Assembly (NCBI GenBank): GCA_009914755.4
Contig: CP086569.2
Location: 15,424,001 to 15,488,000, forward strand
DNA: 64,000 bases
From: the human T2T-CHM13v2.0 reference genome, Homo sapiens
Direction: 5' to 3'
Shown in pieces: positions 60,891-64,000 of this stretch (the stretch's first letter is position 1; the number at the start of each line of letters is the position of its first letter). Below the pieces are notes generated by a model that made no database searches, was not told where the DNA came from, and saw nothing but the letters and a program-made list of their open reading frames with translations. The position numbers and the translations under genes were made by a program.

Positions 60891-62056
60891 ATCCCAGCAT
60901 TGAGGGATCTACACTTCCAGGCTTAGGAAACAACATCAGGGTTCATCACAGTGAAAGAATTGAAACTCCAAACTCCAAAAGCACATTGTGAGATTTCAGA
61001 AGAGCAAATATGTGGGAAAGACCATAAGAGCTTGAAGGCTGTATTAGTCCATTCTTGTACTGACACAAATACCCGAGATTGGATAATTTATAAAGAAAAG
61101 AGGTTTAATTGGCTCATGGTTTTTTAAACTGCACAGGAAGCATGATAGCGTCTGTGGTGGCCTCAGGAATGTTTCAATCATGGCAGAAAGTGAAAGCAAA
61201 GCAGGTTCATCTTATGTGGCTAGAGCAAGAAGAGGAGAGAGACAGAACATGCTACAAAATTTTATACAACCAGATCTCCTGAGAATTCACTTACTATACA
61301 GTACCAAGGGGGATATACAGTATCATTCTAGAGAACTCTGCCCTCCATGATGCCATCACCTCCCGCCAGGCACCATCTCCAACACTGGGGATTAGAATTC
61401 AATATGAGATTTGGGTGAGGATACAGATGCAAACCGTCTCAAGAATTTGTAATTTCATAGAATGCTTCATGTTTTCACCAAATGTTAAAAATATAGAAAC
61501 TTTCATTATTCTAAGAAAAAATAATTTTACCACATAGAACTCTTATCTTGGAGCAGCTCTTTGTGGGCAGGCAGAGTCAAAGCATTTACGCTGATGTATC
61601 ATTTCAAAAAATTTACCTTTCATGCTTCCCTTCTTGGAAAGATGTGTGATCGTGTGTTCCTTCAAACAGTGGAATAAATGATGAATACAAAGATGGAGAA
61701 TCTAAGAAACAGTGGCCTTCACAGAAGACAGCTGAAGTAATTAAGACATCAGATTATTGCCTGGAGCAGGCTGGGACATCTGACATCCTAGAGTTAAACT
61801 TTGAGGAGAATGAACATAAAAGAAAAGGAAGTAAGCCATTTGACCAGGTAGAAATAGTACTCGAGATGGGCTTTAGTCCAGAAAAATTGAACAATATACA
61901 CACAGACAAGCATGAAATGAAAACCTGAAGCAGTTATTGTCTCCAGATAAAACAGGAGGTGATTCAATGAAGGAGATTTAATTGGGGTAGAAGGCTTAGT
62001 TCAGGAGTGATTAGTTCAGGAGTAATTGCACAGTTACAGTAAAGTTGAAGAGAGAA

Positions 62057-62372
62057 GGCTGGGTACAGTGGATCATACCTGTAGTCCCAGCACTTTGGGC
62101 GGCCAAGACAGGCAGATCTCTTTAGCCCAAGACTTGGAGACCAGCCCGGGCAATATGGCAAAACCCCATCTCTACAGAAAAAAAAATGAAAAAATTAGCC
62201 AGTATGGTGGCACTTGCCTGTAGTCCTAGTTATGGCAGAGTCTGAGGTGGGAGGATGTTTTGAACCTGGGAAGTCGGGGTTGCAGTGAGTTGTGATTGTA
62301 CCATTGCACTGCAGCCTGGGCAACAGAGCAAGACCCTGTCTCTAAAAACAACAACAAACAAACAAACAAACA
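62057..62372 (+). mobile_element. Alu SINE with a (CAAA)n tail
   Basis: ggctgggtacagtggatcatacctgtagtcccagcactttgggcggccaagacaggcagatc...cattgcactgcagcctgggcaacagagcaagaccctgtctctaaaaacaacaacaaacaaacaaacaaac. Confidence 0.9.
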
Positions 62373-62619
62373 CGGGGCAAATAGAGTGGGGGTTGCCCAT
62401 AGGTAATTAATAGGTAATATCTAAAAACAATATATCAAGAAAAAATAGCATGAACTATTTCTTAGTAATATCAAGAAGATATTTGAAGGAGAGAAGCTAA
62501 GAAATCTGAAAGCATTTGCCTTCTAGCAAGTGTGGTCCTGGGATGTCGTATGCTGTGCAAGAAAGTGCTGTTGTGCAAATAACACCTGTAGTAGTTCGAC
62601 TTTTAAAAATTCATGCATG

Positions 62620-62910
<291 letters not shown>

Positions 62911-62947
62911 CACCTCACGCATGCCTTTCTTTGTTTCCAAAGAAACA

Positions 62948-63040
62948 AGTAGTTTTATACTACTTACATATTATGGTAGAATGATTTATAATCTTTTGGC
63001 TATATACTCAGTAATGGGATTACTTGGTCAAATGGTATTT
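62948..63040 (-). mobile_element. Short (about 90 bp) L1-derived fragment from the ORF2 3' region, antisense, with no poly-A, sitting between 19-bp direct repeats inside a palindromic site
   Basis: tatggtagaatgatttataatcttttggctatatactcagtaatgggattacttggtcaaatggtatttctact matches the antisense L1 sequence ...catgatttataatcctttgggtatatacccagtaatgggatggctgggtcaaatggtatttctagt. The flanking direct repeat ttctttgtttccaaagaaa occurs at 62928-62946 and 63047-63065. Confidence 0.7.
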
Positions 63041-63402
63041 CTACTATTCTTTGTTTCCAAAGAAAGGCATGGTATGGAAATGGTTTCCAACAGTTGGAGA
63101 AACAAATTTTTTTTCCAAAAGAAAAATGATAAGGCCAAGATTGAATGGTATGTGAATGTGAATATGATAGTTAAAAGCATTATTTCTCAAATGTACCTTC
63201 CCATTGGAATCAGCTGGAGAATGTAATAAGTATTAATGCCTGTGCTATGGTCCTCCAGAGATACTGACTTGCTTGGTCTGCAATGCAGACCGGGCAGTGA
63301 GATTTTTTTCAGTTCTTCTTAGGGATTGTGAGATACAGCAGAGTTTAGGAAGCATGGATCTAGGTTTGCTCAGATTCTTACTTTCATTTAAAAATCTGTA
63401 TC

Positions 63403-63730
63403 TGGGCACAATGGGTCATACCTGCAATCCCAGAACATTGTACTGGGTGGAGGTGGCAGGATCATTTGTATCCAAGAGCTCCAGACAAGCCTGGGCAACA
63501 TAGTGAAACCCCATCTGTATGGAAAAAAAAAAAAAAAAAAAAAAAAAAAGAAAAAGAAAAAAATTAGCCAAGTGTAATAGTTCATGCCTATGTTCTCAGC
63601 TATTCAGGAGGCTAAGGTAGGAGGATCACTTGAGCCTTGGAGGTCATGGCTGCAGTCAGCTGAGATCACACCACCACACTCTAGCCTGTACAACAGAGTG
63701 AGACCCTGTCTCAAACAAACAAACAAAAAT
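63403..63730 (+). mobile_element. Alu SINE with an expanded A-rich middle linker and an A/CAAA tail
   Basis: gggcacaatgggtcatacctgcaatcccagaacattgtactgggtggaggtggcaggatcatttgtatccaagagctccagacaagcctgggcaacatagtgaaaccccatctgtatggaaaaaaaaaaaaaaaaaaaaaaaaaaagaaaaagaaaaaaattagccaagtgtaatag...ctgtctcaaacaaacaaacaaaaatt. Confidence 0.9.
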
Positions 63731-64000
63731 TACGCAGTGTACTCTTCAACAAGATAAAGTGGTTTCAGTAATAAACTACTAATAATATGATGATTTAGAT
63801 TGAGCAAACTTCACTTAGTCATTTCTTTTTTATTATCTGATATGTTCTTTATAAAAAGTTTTAATTGCTTAAAAATGACCTAATGCTTCTCCCAAGCTTC
63901 CTTTTTTTTTTCTCTCTCTCTTAACTGAAGTCACAGAATGTTCTCCTTTGTGGAGTGCTAAACAACATTAAGAAATTATTAGCTTTAAGGACATTCTAAG

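Overview
This window is primate (hominoid, human-like) nuclear genomic DNA, not a prokaryotic locus. About half of it is recognisable interspersed repeat. There are at least 14 Alu copies, including one young AluY/S-like copy with intact CpGs and two adjacent tandem Alus. There are at least 9 L1 insertions, including a 6.1-kb full-length L1PA copy with target-site duplications (TSDs). There are 3 MaLR LTRs (THE1/MST-type and MLT1-type) and many microsatellites, minisatellites and low-complexity tracts. Four of the L1 insertions carry 5' inversions, each with an inversion junction 18-135 bp from contiguous; three of these also have matching TSDs. The only obviously non-repetitive functional candidate is a large CpG island at about 6.5-8.1 kb, with a weaker CpG-rich shoulder at 5.1-5.6 kb. 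It contains a CCAAT motif and several strong splice-donor-like sites just downstream of GC-rich segments. It is most likely the TATA-less promoter and first exon or exons of a host gene or lncRNA whose remaining exons lie outside the window. I cannot name the gene from the sequence alone. I found no convincing host protein-coding exon. Every long ORF in the track is explained by an L1 ORF1/ORF2 remnant, a microsatellite or poly-A translation, or GC-rich sequence in the CpG island. Structures that do not fit standard repeat classes are: a 145-bp-arm inverted repeat flanking an Alu-interrupted spacer at 20.0-21.1 kb; a palindromic site at 62.9-63.1 kb filled with a roughly 90-bp L1-derived fragment flanked by 19-bp direct repeats; an 80-bp tandem duplication abutting the 5' end of the full-length L1; and a 103-bp tandem duplication inside an L1 ORF2. 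I did not find CRISPR arrays, operons or any other prokaryotic-type system.
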